A program made the position numbers and the translations under genes. Below are positions 47,469 through 61,544 of a DNA stretch of 64,000 nucleotides, piece after piece; the stretch's first letter is position 1, and every line of letters starts with the position of its first letter. The stretch comes from Scyliorhinus canicula (lineage: Eukaryota): positions 123,665,144 through 123,729,143 of the forward strand of contig NC_052163.1 in assembly GCF_902713615.1 (NCBI RefSeq), given 5' to 3'. The notes under the pieces were generated by a model, which saw only the letters and a list, made by a program, of their open reading frames with translations, was not told where the DNA came from and searched no databases.

Positions 47469-48123
47469 AGGTGGATGCTTCCATCCATTTCATTTCCAGT
47501 CTGACTTGAGTTACAGCTTTTTTTTTTTGCCAATCCTGATTCACGTTGAGTTGGTGAGAATCACGACTCAATTTCAACATCCCCGCCAACCCCTCAGCAG
47601 GTAGAATCAGCGTTTAATTTTTAGCAAGCTGGCACTGCCAAACTCGCCAACACTGAGGCAAAAGATTCTGAGTCACAGGCAGAAGCGGAGCTTGTACTTG
47701 TGATAATCTCTGTAACAGCTGAGGCCTCAAACCGCTCACCCTGCTTGCTTGGTCGTAACTCTTGTGCTTAAGTCAAAAAATTCATTTTGTCTGAGACACA
47801 CCTAGAATTGAAGAGCGTGTTCTGACCTGACACTTGTTTGCAGTACTTGATAGACCAGTGCCTTGTCAGAGGTGATTTCTTTCAGATGAGGTATTAAGTC
47901 AAGCGTGGAGCTCTCCCCTATATCCCAGATGGTGGCTGGTAAATTCCCCGGAGCTGCTTTCACCCTACCATGGTTGCAATTCCCCAGAAGTGGGGAGGGG
48001 GGGGGGGGGGGGGGGGAGTATTGTTTACGTGGATGAATGGGGTTTCCAGTCGCATGTACGCCCAGCAAAGCTACAACGACAGAATGAAAGGAACCTGGGT
48101 TTCTCTCTGAACCAACATTCACA

Positions 48124-48300
48124 GGGCTGGTTCAGCACAGTGGGCTAAACAGCTGGCTTGTAATGCAGATCAACGCCAGCAGCGCGGGTTCAATTCCCGT
48201 ACCTGCCTCCCTGAACAGGTGCCGGAATGTGGCGACTAGGGGCTTTTCACAGTAACTTTATTGAAGCCTACTTCTGACAAAAAGCGATTATTATTATTAT
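48124..48300 (+). mobile_element. tRNA-derived SINE with Rex1-like tail
   Basis: GGGCTGGTTCAGCACAGTGG, GGTTCAATTCC, (ATT)n end. Confidence 0.9.
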
Positions 48301-48394
48301 CATACAAAAAACAGATTAATTGGTCACTTGACTCATTGTTATTTGTGAGATCCTATCATGGACATCAGGTGGCTGTCCTCCAGAACATAGCCAA

Positions 48395-50252
48395 ATAGGC
48401 ACTTTTAGGCAAAATTAGCCCGAAAATGTGGTAGCATTGCACCCAAAATTAACCTGGAGGTTGGACACGGGCCTCTTGGCCGACAAGGTCTTCTGCCATA
48501 AAATATCACAGGCCATACGTGAGTACATCACTAAGAACTAGAATGGGGATGTCTCACCCTTCACATTCCGGGAGGCACTGAAGTGATTAGGGGAGAGATT
48601 ATAGCCTGCAAAACTCGTAGAGATAGGGAAGAGAGGCAGGCAACAACTGATGGACTCAATTCAGGAGATCGACAGAAAATATTCTGAGGCCCTGACAGTA
48701 GACCGTCTGGCAGAGAGGAAAAAGTTACAAATAGACTTTAACCTGCGACCCACCAGGAAAGCAGTGCACCAACTCCGCCAAACACGGGGGACCTTCTATG
48801 AACAGAGAGAGAAGGCTAGCCACTTGTTGTCTCGCTACCTGAGAAAGCAGGTAGCCACAAGGAAGATAGTGCAGGTGTAAGATAGCAGAGGCAGACTGAG
48901 AGCCGAACCAAAAAAAGGTCAACCAAGCATTTGAGGCCTTCTACCAGGGGCTGTACACCTCCGAGCCCCCGCGAAGGGGACTTGGGGATGAAACGGTTCC
49001 TTGATGGACTGGACATGCCAGTCATGGGGGACGATAGATGGAGGGAGGTGGAAGCACCAATCGCACTGGGAGAGATCATGGAGAGCATCAGCTCCATGAA
49101 GGAGGTGAAGGCTCCGGGACCTGATGGGTTCCTGACGGACTTGCATAAAACATTGGCAACAACACTGGCCCTGCATCTACAGGAAATGTTCACAGACTTG
49201 CTAGTGAAGGGCACCCTGCTTCCAACGCTAACACAGGCCAAGATATTGCTGATAGCCAAGAAAGACAACGACCCGATGGAAAGAGGATCTTACAGACCCA
49301 TTTCACTGCTTAACGCTGACATGAAAATACTCACATAAGAACAAAAGTACTCGGAGCAGGAGTAGGCCAGCTGGCCCTCGAGCCTGCTCCGCCATTCAAT
49401 GAGATCATGGCTGATCTTTTATGGACTCAGCTCCACTTTCCGGCCCGAACACCATAACCCTTAATCCCTTTATTCTTCAAAAAACTATCTATCTTTATCT
49501 TAAAAACATTTAATGAAGGAGCCTCAACTGCTTCACTGGGCAAGGAATTCCATAGATTCACAACCCTTTGGGTGAAGAAATTCCTCCTAAACTCAGTCCT
49601 AAATCTGCTTCCCCTTATTTTGAGGCTATGCCCCCTAGTTCTGCTTTCACCTGCCAGTGGAAACAACCTGCCCGCATCTATCCAATCTATTCCCTTCATA
49701 ATTTTATATGTTTCTATAAGATCCCCCCTCATCCTTCTAAATTCCAACGAGTACAGTCCCAGTCTACGCAACCTCTTCTCGTAATCCAACCCCTTCCGCT
49801 GTGGGATTAACCTAGTGAATCTCCTCTGCACACCCTCCAGTGCCAGTACGTCCTTTCTCAAGTAAGGAGACCACACAATACTCCAGGTGTGGCCTCACTA
49901 ACACCTTATACAATTCTGAACAATCACGAACGTCCTGGCTAAGAAACTGGAAAACTGTGTACCAGAAGTGGTCGGAGAGAACCAGGCGGGCTTTGTCAAG
50001 GGAAGACAGCTGAGTGCGAACATCAGGCGGCTGCTGACTATAATAATGACTCCATCAGGACAGAGAACACTGGAGGTGATCGTCTCCCTGGATGCAGCAA
50101 AGGCCTTTGACAGAATCGAATGGAAGTACCTCATTAGCCTAGGGATGAGGTTCACCTTGTGGTGAAACACCTGTAAAACGCATCCAAGGTGAGCGTTCGG
50201 ACCAACACCACAAGCTCTGAATACTTACAGCTGCACAGAGGCACCAGGTAGG
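48395..50252 (+). mobile_element. L1-clade ORF2 relic interrupted by CR1
   Basis: KAPGPDGF..GSYRPISLLNADMKILT then NVLAKKL..NQAGFVKGR..NIRRL..VSLDAAKAFDRIEW. Confidence 0.92.
49335..49923 (-). mobile_element. CR1 LINE 3' fragment
   Basis: WSPYLRKDVLALEGVQRRFTRLIP..RGDLIETYKIM; TCAC duplicated at both junctions, restoring the L1 frame. Confidence 0.95.
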
Positions 50253-50335
50253 GACCAGCCATAATCTAATTGAATAGTGGAGCAGCCTCGAGGGGCCGAA
50301 TGGCCTCCACCTGCACCTATTTCCTATGTCCCTAT

Positions 50336-50999
50336 TGTCATAATATACACCAGTATATAATGGTGCAGACACACACTGATTGACACACTGCAAGACCAAT
50401 CAACACACACAACACAGCAGCCAATCACCAGTTAGAGCACACTCACTATAAAGCCAGAGGGCACTAGTTTTCCCAGTCATTCGGGATGCAGCCTCTGAGA
50501 AGGACAGAGCTCACAGCTTGTAGCACAGATCTTCACCATGTGCTGATAGTCTAGACTGGTCAGGATAGGCATAGGTCTTCAGTTTAATCTAACATAGTGT
50601 TGACCCACAATGAAAGCATGTTCAACAGTTCCTAGCTTAGTAAAATAGTGTTGTATTATTTCAAGTGTTGGTAGCCTATCTATGTTACTGCTGAGGTAAA
50701 CGCAGTCTCCACAGATCCAGAGTACCCAACACATCATGGTACCAGTACGTGATGTTAGAACTTATTAGACCTACCTTCAAGTGATCTGCCTTCGACCAGC
50801 AATCAGCCATCCTGCAAAATGGACAGCGTCCGCCCCCCACCACCGCTCCGCATCACCGGTAACCTCGAGGCCAACTGGAAGATCTTCAAACAACGCTTTC
50901 AACTGTACCTTGAAGCCACAGACCTGGAAGCTGCTTCAGACGCCAGGAAGATCGCTCTCTTCCTCTCCATGGCCGGGGACCACGCCATCCACATCTTCT
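50336..50999 (+). mobile_element. Gypsy 5' LTR (50336-50736), PBS and truncated gag
   Basis: TGTCATAA...ACATCA; TGGTACCAG immediately after; ORF at 50819 MDSVRPPPPLRITGNLEANWKIFKQRFQLYLEA..KIALFL. Confidence 0.9.
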
Positions 51000-51591
51000 G
51001 TGAGAGGTTTTACTGGAATGATTTTCTTCTGGGTATTGTCTAATACTAGGCATATTCAAATTAGACTTGGAGATGTGGGCAAACAGACATGGGAGCAGAA
51101 TTTTATAGCTCAGTCACCAATGAGGCCAGCTGTACAAAAGTCCATTGTCCTTGACAGGGTTGGAACATTCCACCAGTGGGAGGGGTAGGATAATTCCATC
51201 CAGGTGCACAAGTCCATAACAAAACGACCTCTGACCCATGGTAGGCTTGATCCTACCTCCACCCTTTCGTATTGCCGAAACGGGTGGCAAAAAGAAAATA
51301 ATTCATCCATTTAAGTTATTTATACAGTGGATTATGAAGTGCAGTGACTGATCTTGTGCAGGTCTACAGCTTTGAATATTACATTAAAAATGCTCAGCTG
51401 AACTTTTCAGCCTTACACCAGCTGGCCTTTGTCGCGTACACTGTTGTTTGAACGAGTACGCCGAATTATTAAAACACATGACTTAGCATATTTGTTCATC
51501 TGGTGGAATATGCATGTAGAAGGTCATGAAATGATTAATGGAACTTGCTTTAGAATATCCATGCTCCAGCAATAAACGACCCTTGAAGAAA

Positions 51592-52000
51592 GAACTTCAA
51601 TTTATAATGGTCTTTCCCTATCCCAGGACAGGCTGAAGTTCTTTGCAGCCAATGAGCTGTAGCCACGGCTGTAATATAAGGAAATGTAGCAGCCAATTTA
51701 CGAACAGCAAACGACAACAAGATAATGACCAGCTAGCCCATTCAGCAATGTTGCTTGATGGGCAAATATTGACCGGGAGACTGAGGAAAATTTCCCTGTT
51801 CCTCTTTGAATATCGTCTTGCCATCTTTTTTCATCCACCTGAAAGGGTTAACAGGGCCCCTGTGTAATGTCACATTCAGAAGTCAACACCTCCAACTCTC
51901 CCTCATTCTGCACTGCCAGTCAGGATGATATTCTCCTGACTCCGAATTGGATCCACAACCGTCTGATTCAGAGGCAGAGATGCTCTGAGCTGCAGCTGAA
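51592..52000 (-). mobile_element. Deu-domain SINE relic
   Basis: GCAGCCAATGAG..GCAGCCAATTT..GATAATGACCAG..CATCCACCTGAAAGGG. Confidence 0.7.
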
Positions 52001-53599
52001 TAAAATGTAATTAAATATCTTCCATGAATAATTTATCGCAAGCATTCAGACCTTCCCTCTGTACGCGGAATAGTTCAGTGGCTCCCTTACAGTAAATGCC
52101 ATATTTTTCATCTCACTAGACAAGCAGAAGATTGTAATGAAAAATATTGACACCTAAGGGAATGGAGTGTTTGTACGAGACATTTTTAGCATTGAAGTCC
52201 ATACCCATAATGTCAGGGCCAAGTGAGATATGGAATAGAGATTTATTATTCACACTTAAAATAATCAATGGCTATCCTGGCATTTCTGAATCCTTGTACA
52301 AGTGGTCAATGAGATCATCAGTCATTCCATTTGTCTTTCATTTTTGACAATACCTGCATTTCAATGTCCTCATTGGCGTTTGATTATTTATACCCTTCGA
52401 TATTTTAGCCAGGTTGTGCTTTGGTATCTGACTAAACAAGTGCGCTTTATGATGTACTTGCAACAAAATATAGCACCACGTTTGTCTTGCTTGACAACAT
52501 CACAATATTCCCAACAGAATTGGAGAGGGTTGTCACAGGTATCTCACTAATTCACTCACCTCAGCTTGAGTATAAAACGTTGGATGATCGGACTACTGCA
52601 AAATAAAATTAAAATGCTACTCTTGACACATTTCTAATGTAATTATAAACGAGGGAAAGAACAATTCCGGAAGAAACGGCGTTTTGCCATTTAATGAGAT
52701 TTGAATTCATTTAAACTCATGGTCATCGGGTTTACCTCCTTTCTGGGCATGAGCTTGATTACATTGCTGGCTGGGGGTGGGAGTGACCGCAAACTGAGTT
52801 CTGGCCGCTGCAACTCCCGTTATGGCCCTCTCACGAGAGTTAGCGACCATAGCGGGATTTGCACCCGCGGCGAAGGAGCCCTGAAAAAGGCAGCCACATT
52901 TCAGATGGTTGACTGAGACAACACTTACGGTCTTTCGAGGAAGCGCTCAAGGGCAGATTAAAGAAAAAGTACACGTTTGCCCTTAAAATTAGAGCAAAGT
53001 ATTTGAGGTAAACATGGGGTATAAACTCGCTGGAATGTGGCGACTAGCGGCTTTTCGCAGTAACTTCATTGAAGCCTACTTGTGACAAGCGATTATTATT
53101 ATTATAAGTGGGATTTTCCGAAGCGGCTGAGGGTGACTCCCTGCGATGGGTTCCTCAGCAGCGAATTGAGAAAGCCTCGCAAAACACTAGACAATGGCGG
53201 GGCCGGAAGATTCCACCGGTGGCCAATAGTAAGCCACCTCTTTTGCTGGAAAATACATCACATGGGACGGTCGGGTGGGAAAATCCCACATATTTTGTTT
53301 TCTTCGTTTTTGGATGTGGGAAGCCCTGTCCTGATTCTCATTCTAATTCTTGTACTGAGAAGTTATTTGAACCACTACAGTCGTTATGCTGTTGGTGTTG
53401 CCATAATGGCTGTCCAGTGTGATCGTCACTCAAGGGTGCTGAGTATTTATAGCACGAGGCACAGCCATTTATCAAACTACTTCCTCTTCATCAGCTGAAC
53501 TCCTGGATGCGTTCAGCGACAACCCTTCATGGCTACACACGGAAAGCAGACTTGCATTTGAATAACATCTTACCATTTATACTTTGTCAGGTCAGAGGA

Positions 53600-54095
53600 G
53601 CTCTCCCTTGGCGTCCTGGCCAATGTTAATTGCTCAACTAACATCACTAAAAGGAAATATCTGGCCATTATCTCACAGCTGTTTGCGGAACGTTGTTTAC
53701 TGTACAGTAAAACAGTGACTTCATTTCAAATCTGCTTCATTGGCTGTGAATCAGATTAAAACATCCTGAAATATAGAAAGGATGCATTATTCAGCTACAT
53801 AAATGCAAGTCTTTCCTCGTGTGAAACTTTTTATATTAATGATGCAGGGTGCACGCTTGGCAAGGGAAATAAAGAACTGACTTGCTCTTGTCCAAACAGT
53901 TCTAAAGGGTCCCACGGGATCTTTTACATCCAGCTGACAAGGGAGACACAAACATTTGGGTTCACGTCTCTTCTGAAAATTGCAATTCTAAATGTGCTGC
54001 ATTCTCTCAGTTTGTGTCAGCCTGAATTATGTGTCCAATTGATTGGAGTGGGATCTGTCACTCACGTCCTTTTCACAGAGGTGAGAGTCAATGCT
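53600..54095. mobile_element. Two Deu-domain SINE relics in opposite orientation
   Basis: + copy ends CATTGGCTGTGAA..ATAAATGCAAG (about 53810); - copy contains GGGATCTTTTACATCCA. Confidence 0.6.
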
Positions 54096-54101
54096 AACAC
54101 A

Positions 54102-54560
54102 ATGGCTGGATTCTCCAAGTGCCGACTCTGAAATCGCCTTTGGCGATTGGCCGGAAAATCGGGGGCAGCGCTGGTTTTCAGATGCTGCGTCCCCTCAAAA
54201 ATGGAGTCGTTGCTGAGTACACCGCACGTCGTTGGGACGGCCTCAGGACGTCACCTAAGGCCCTCCAGTGATGCTCTGCTCTCGATGGGCTGACTTCCCG
54301 ACGGCAACGGTCATGTGTCCTCTCATTTTTAGGGGACCTCGCGTGACGGCTACAGACTGTGTCCATCCCCGCCGCAGTCGGGGGGCGGGGAGCCGTTCCG
54401 CTGGCTGGGTGGCTTCGGTGGGGGCTGGGGGGCCTGGTGGGGGGTGGTCCGGGAGTGATGAGGGGGGTTACAGGGGGGAACTATCTGGCAGGCCGGGTCC
54501 GCGCGCGCCCGGCGCCACGTTCTACGGTGCAGCCATGGACATGGCCATTCTCTGTCCGTA
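54102..54560. mobile_element. Harbinger-like MITE fragment
   Basis: GGCTGGATTCTCC terminus; similar to 21263-21890. Confidence 0.7.
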
Positions 54561-54629
54561 TCGGCAGAGGTACAGCCGATGTCACTGATGATTACATAAT
54601 GTTCAGCACCATTCACTAGGAATCCTATA

Positions 54630-55165
54630 GCAAATAACTGACCCCTGACTCCCCAAAGCCTGTCCACCAACTACAGGGCACATTGATGGAATATTCTCCA
54701 ATTGTCTGGATGAGTACAGCTTCGTCAACACTCAAGAAGCTCAACACCATCCAGGGCAAGCCAGCCCACTTGATTGGCACCCCATCCACCACATTCAACA
54801 TCCAATCCCTGCATCAGCCATGCACTGTGGCAGCAGTATCTGTCATTTACAAAATACACTGCAGAAAGCTCATCAAGGCTCTTTCTACAACATCTTTCAA
54901 ACCCACAACTGCTACAAGTGCAGCAGGTGTAACATAATGCCACCTGCAAGTTCCCCTCCAAGTCACACCCTCCCGAGTTGGGACCATATCGTCGTTCCTT
55001 CTTTGTTGCTGGGTCAAACTCCTTCCTAACTGCACTGTGGCTGTATCTACACCACATGGACTCCAGTGGCTCAAAAAGGCAGAATACCTCCTCTCATGGC
55101 AATTAGGGACGGCAGTAAATGCTGGGCTAGTCAGCGACCTCCATATACCCTGAATGAACAATTTA
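54630..55165 (+). mobile_element. CR1-group (Zenon-like) LINE 3' fragment
   Basis: MEYSPIVWMS..TLKKLNTIQGKPAHLIG..SLHQ..VAAVSVIYKIHC. Confidence 0.75.
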
Positions 55166-55500
55166 AAATAAATCAACATTTCGTATAATAGGTTATGTTG
55201 ATTTAAGGTAAAATGTTTCACTCTGGGAAAATATCATCTTATATTGTATTGAACGCTGTTTGTTAAAGTGGCAGGAACAGGAAGGTAGTATTTACAAAAG
55301 AAAAAGAATATCAGATAGAGGAGAAGGAAAACATCTCTTACAGTGCAGCTCCTTTCAAACACGTCTGGACATGTATATAATCTCTATGTATATCTATGTT
55401 AGCAGGAGAGAGCGCCAGTTCCCATGGCAAATCTTTGAGGCCTTCCTTCAATTGCCCTTACTGGATACTGATCACACAGAGAGATTGGCTTTAATCTATT

Positions 55501-55809
55501 CACGGTAGCAAAGTGGTTAGCACTGTTGCTTCAGAGCGCCAGGGTCCCAGGTTCGAGTCCCGGCTTGGGTCACTGTCTGTGCGGAGACTGCGCGTTCTCC
55601 CTGTGTCTGCGTGGGTTTCCTCCGGGTGCTCCGGTTTCCTCCTAAAAATCCCAAAAGACGTGCTGTTAGGTGAATTGTTCATTCTGAATTCTCCCTCCGT
55701 GTACCCGAACAGGCGCCGGAGTGTGGCGACGAGGGGATTTTCACAGTAACTTCATTGCAGTGACAATGCAAGCCTACTTGCAACAATAAAGATTATTATT
55801 ATTATTATT
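55501..55809 (+). mobile_element. V-SINE with Rex1-like tail
   Basis: Same organisation as 37931-38243; (ATT)n end. Confidence 0.92.
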
Positions 55810-58800
55810 AACTGAAGCTATGTTTAAGAAGTGATCGTAATCAATCTTAGACTCACTGGAAGTTGGTTATTGGAATATTATCTTCAATGTTTCCTCCTTT
55901 TTGTCCTTTGTTAATTAATGAAAGGAAAAAACTTTTACGAGCATGACGTGACAGATTTGCCACGTTTCTCCAGTCTTGGAATTGCACACCAGAAAAAAGC
56001 TAAACATTGGACAATAGCATAACCGTACCCAGCGATAGTCCTTTGTATCAATGTACAGATCAAAGACAGAGGAAAAGAAACTGTCTCAATTTTCATAGTG
56101 CAGGACTGTAAAACACACATGTGGGAAACATCTGTGATGTATTCCCTGGATAAACAGTCTGCTGAATTCCCCCCCAAGACTCTCACATGAAGAATAGTCA
56201 TTTGCGCAAAGGACTCAAGGTTTTTAAATAAAAGCTGAGTAATAGTCAATACATTTAGGGAGGAGATAAAATGAAAAAAGTAAATTACATTTTCCTCAAT
56301 ACCTGATTATTCACAATAAACAGGAGAATTTGATAGAAGTGTCACTATCTATATAAAGGGAAAATTTAATTAATTGAACGGTTCCTTTATATAATGATAC
56401 AGGCTCCTGACATTTAAATTAATTTAGATTATCATTCCAAGGCTGTTGTTATGATTGTGGGAGCCCATTAATTTTAAAAAAGAAATTCAAACTCCCAGTT
56501 ATGAATTGAAAGAATTACTCCAAACGGTTTCCCATTCCAAACAAAAGCTTTTACTGTGCAAGAGTTAAACAAGCAAGTACCCCTAATATAAAATGTTATA
56601 TTTTGTAAACTCAGATTTTAAACACAGAAATCTCAACTGACCACTTCCCTGCCTACTCTTATTTTGACCCAAGGGTTCCCCTATAATTTACAAGATCTTC
56701 AGGGTGCCTTCATTTCTCCTGGAACCAAACCAAGGCATGCCACAGTTCTCAGGAATTCACTTTGATTCTCCACGGTGTTCCGGTTATTCTCCGAGGCATG
56801 AGATTTATTTGGATCTTTCCATGAACTGGCTTGATGACCTCAAATTCTCTTTAAGCATCTCATTATTATCAACACTCCAGCTAAAGTGTGGACTCTTGCT
56901 CAATGACTCCAACATCAAAAAGACGCCCTTGTTTCCATAACCCTTTCCCTCTGACCTACAGCTTCTGGAAATTCTCTCACTGCTTCTCAAAGCTGCTTCC
57001 AGGCTCCAACTCCAACTGCTGTTAGCTTTCACTCTTTCTGTTTCCAAGGTATTCCAGCTATAGGTGTATACATCTGCTTTTGGTGAAAAATCACACAGAT
57101 AAACAAAAAACAAAAGGGTACCTCCCTGCAACCTATTCCCATGGCAATGTGACACATTTCAGATGTCCCAGCAAGAGATTTCAACTAATCAACTTAAATT
57201 CCCAAACCTGCCCTTTGATCTAAGAGTATATGCATAACTTAAGAACTTCCCTTCTTTAAAAGTTATTTTCCAAACTTTCTTTGATCTGGGAAATTACATG
57301 AATAATTTGAATCCCCTATGGAGACAACTGTAGATGTCTCATCTCCACTACAAAACTCAGAGAGATAGACTATTACTTAGTGTTTTCACACTTCCAACTC
57401 TGACCATATTGAATGAATCCAGGTTATCCTTTGAATTGCAATTGTTTTCAATCTATTTACCAAACCTTCCCCCCTCGCAATTCAAATGCCTCTATCACTT
57501 ACATTTAAAACTTCAATCCCCCAACTAAACGTTATACTCTGAAAACATATGAATCATGAAATTAGACATTTTCGCAACATCAAGATGTTTGATATACTGT
57601 TACGTGCCATTAGCAGCCCCATTTAAAAAATGCTATTACTGTCAGAGAGTAAAAAAGGCGAATCTAGAGAAATTATGCATTTCCATGTTGGCTGTCATGT
57701 TTTGCTGATTCTATTTTTGGTTCAAGGGCGATCTACTTTATTCACAACAGCTAGCTTAATTGCAATTTCTGAGAATATAGTTCAGAGACAACTCGCACTC
57801 ACCCCTGCGATCTTCGTATTACCAGTTCTAGTGAAGGACGTTGGTCAGGCTCTGATCACTTCTTCTGAGTTCCAAGCACAGAGATCCTCTCTTGCGACGG
57901 TTGCTCCGGGGATTCCTGGGTTGACGCTGACTCTGCATTCCAGTCTCCCCTCTTTTACCTCGGTTCTGCTAGTGCTGAGACATGATACACACACACACAC
58001 ACACACCTGGCCTGAGTTCTGCTGTCTCATCAAGACTCATTAATAGAAATAAACAGGATACTCCTGTTTAACCAGGCTGATACGACTATCTAAACCTTAT
58101 TTCTTCCCAGAGAAACTAGGCATCATTAACAAATGGGAAATAGAAACAAGAGCAGAATATAGGGCCCATTGAGCCTAGTCGGCCATTAGATATGATCATG
58201 GCTCATCTTGCACTGCGACTCCATTTTTCCACCCAGAGTGTGTGGAATTTAACTGTGAAGTTTACCGGGCATTGCTCTGATAAGCTTCCTAAAACTTCCC
58301 CGTCATGGATTGCTTATTCATTGGGTCCACCTCAGGGCAGGTAGGAATATTCCTTGCCAGCAGTAACAAAGTTCCACCAATAAGATTCATGTAATCGTGG
58401 GCTCTGAACTTTAAAGGTGTCAAGAGGAAAGGGAAGAGTGTGACGATTATGGTGTTGAGATAGACAATCAGCTCTGATTGATTGGCAGAGACAACTCGAA
58501 GGGCCAAAGTGCCTACTCCTGCTTCTATTTTCTATGCTTCAATACAATGGATTACAGAGCGGACAAGAGAGGGTTGACTTGATCCCATACTCATTGCTAA
58601 GCCTTGGATATTGGAGTCAACTAAACTCACAGGGGTAGAATCTTTTTGCCTCAACCCCTGGCACAACGGGGTCACCATCTTTGGGTTTGGACTCTCATTC
58701 TTTGATGTGTGTAGTTATGGTTGCTATTTCCTGGAGCAATCCAATAATATGCTTGCTTCCGGGCTCCCTTGCCAATTCGGGAGGTGGGCAGAGTTCTGTC

Positions 58801-59018
58801 AAAGAAAGGATTGCGAGTTGAACAGATCATGGCTTGTTCCTGAAGAACTCACTTGCACTTGGATATTTCCGCCTGCAGCACCCAGAGTAATGGAAAGTAA
58901 ATCTGGGTACGCTCCCCCACAGGCCTCTCACTCTTAGCTGGAAGTCCTGATGAGGGACTTGAAGCTACACTGAGCTGTACTCAAAAGAGCAGAGGTTGGA
59001 AAGAGACTTATACATCTG

Positions 59019-59698
59019 GGGTGGGATTCTCCCGTACCCGGCGGGGCGGGATGGAGTGGCGTGAACCACTCCGGCGTCGGGCCGCCCCAAAGGTGCGGAT
59101 TCCTTCACACCTTCAGGGGCTAGGCCCGCCCCGGAGTGGTTGGCGCCCCGCCGGCCGGCGGGAAAGGGGCTTGGTGCCATGCCAACCGGCGCCGAAGGGC
59201 CTCCGCCGGCCGGCATGAGTTGGCACATGCGTGGGAGCGCCAGCACGTGCTGGCGTCATCCCCGCACATGCGCAGAGGGATTCACTTCTGCACCAGTGAT
59301 AGAGGACCACGGCCTCCGGTGCGGAAGGATAGAGTGCCGCCATGACACAGGCCCGGCCGCAGTTCGGTGGGCCCTGACCGTGGGCCAGGTCACTGTGGGG
59401 GCACCTCCCGGAACCAGATGCCCCCGCGACCCCCCAAGAACCCCGGAGACCGCCCGCGCCGCCAGGTCCCGCCAGTAAGGGACCTACTATAATTTATGCT
59501 GGCTGGACCGGCTACAGATGGGCGGAACTTTGGCCCATCGCGCCCATTGAGTTGCGCCGGACCCCGCCATTCTCCGAGGCGGGCGGCGCGACTCACGAAG
59601 GGCCGGTTTTGGGAGGACGGCGGGGGCTGGATTCACGCCGACCCCCAGGCGATTCTCCCACCCGGCGGGGGGGGGGGGGGGGTCAGAGAATTCCGCCC
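59019..59698. mobile_element. PIF/Harbinger MITE
   Basis: TIR GGGTGGGATTCTC / GAGAATTCCGCCC; 3-bp TSD CTG at 59016-59018 and 59699-59701. Confidence 0.9.
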
Positions 59699-60559
59699 CT
59701 GGTCTCTGATTCATCTATCTCCCTTTGAACATAGTTCAATATGAAGAGTGCTGAATTCACTCATACATGTCGGAATAATTGATTGCGCAACTTCTAAATA
59801 TTGAAATGGTTAAAACATGATTCATGAGCAATATCGTTTTAAAAATCACAAATTTTCTTCAAATAAGTTCAAATGTCCCTGTCATGCTCCCAAAGTTCAA
59901 TCAAGAACACCTCTGCTGACTCATTTCATGAAAGCAAAGAGGTAATTTATAATTTAAAAAGGAAAATTTATTCTACTTCAGATACAGCTGAGCGCCTCAC
60001 TCTATTCAGTTGCAAATGAGCTAGTTTTGAAATCTCTGGGGTAGCTATTTTTACCAATATAAATAAGGCTGACAATGTGACAATAATCTAATTTAACATC
60101 AAACAGAGTCCAGTTCAGGCAAATTAATGGGCTTTTGCTTCACGCTGTCAAAGTCACTCACAATATATCACAATAGAAATACCACCTCTCAGTTGCTGTC
60201 TTTCAAAGCTCCCTGAAACTAAAATGTAAATAACATTTTTTGTCTCCCATTTACGTTTTGTTCACCCTCTGGCTTTTGCCAATCGCAAACCTCTTTCCTT
60301 TTCGGCCCTCTACTTTTCAACGCAGCACACATTTGATATCTCAGATTACAATGACAGTCGCTGTGAAAGCTTGACAATAATGCCAAACAAAATCAATGCA
60401 AGTTGAAACAAGACAACCTATAATGGCTGTTGTCATGGCAGGAATGATGTCAACACTTCACTCTCGATTTAGCTTGTGTGCAAATGTGGGGAAAGTTCGG
60501 CCGGAAAACATAATTAACTGCATCTTGGAAAATGCACTAACTTTTTAGTAATCGTAACT

Positions 60560-60910
60560 TGCATCTTTAGGGCAGCTCTACCTCTCTAGGGGAGCAAAAC
60601 CTCTCAAACAACGTTTCAAAGGGAGCTACCTGGGAGACAGGAAATTGGTCAAGGATGTGGATTTATGGAACGCCTCAACGTAAGAGTTAGAGAGGTGGGG
60701 TGACTTAGGAAAGGAATTCCTGAGCCTTGGGCCTCGGCAGATGAAGGTACAGCCACCGATGGTGGAGCAATTAAAATTGAGGATGTTCTCGAGGCCAGAA
60801 ATGGAAGTGTCCAGAGATCTTGGAGACTGGAGGAGAATGGGGGGGGGGGGGGGGGGGGGGGGGTTGGTGTGTGAGGAGGGAGGGACAGGCCATGGGGGGA
60901 AATTTTAAAA
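60560..60910 (-). mobile_element. L2 LINE 3' relic
   Basis: GGAATTCCTGAGCCTTGGGCCTCGGCAGATGAAGGTACAGCCACCGATGGTGGAG is the reverse complement of a typical L2 3' ORF end. Confidence 0.6.
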
Positions 60911-61544
60911 CAAAGGGCGAGATTTTCCGATCTCCCCGTGGGCCCCGTGGAATATGAGCATCCCCGTTATTGGGCGGAGGCCCATCAGCTGGGACTCGTG
61001 CTGGAATGATACTCCTGTTTGGGACCTTGGAGGTGAAGGTTGTGTTGCAGGCTTTACTTTTTGCTGTTGAATTAAACCTCAGTTGAATTTACCTCCATGG
61101 ATCGCCTGAGATTTTACTGGTGCAACCCAAGGACTCAAACCAGCTCCAACTCCTGGCATTTTTGCTGACTTCTGTGCCAGAAAGAGGTAGGTCAGAAAGG
61201 GGGGGCTCAGAACAGGGAATCTGGAGCAGTGATGAATCGGGTTTGTTTTGATGGGGGCTGGAGGACCACACTCCTCCCAACACCACAAAAAATATAACCT
61301 TCTGGGCTGTTGGGTTGCCAGCTAAAATCATATGCACAGCCTAAAATAGCAACCAGGTTCCCACCTGTTGAATTCCTATTTGCACATTAAAGGAACTAAC
61401 ACGGGTCTCAGGCAGCCATTACATCCACCCAGCCAGAGTCCCCGAGGAGGATTTTGTTGACTGTATAATTGAGGAGAATGGGGTGATATGTCGCACCCCA
61501 TAATTTTCAGGGCACAACCACCCCATTACTGCCAGGTGGATGAT

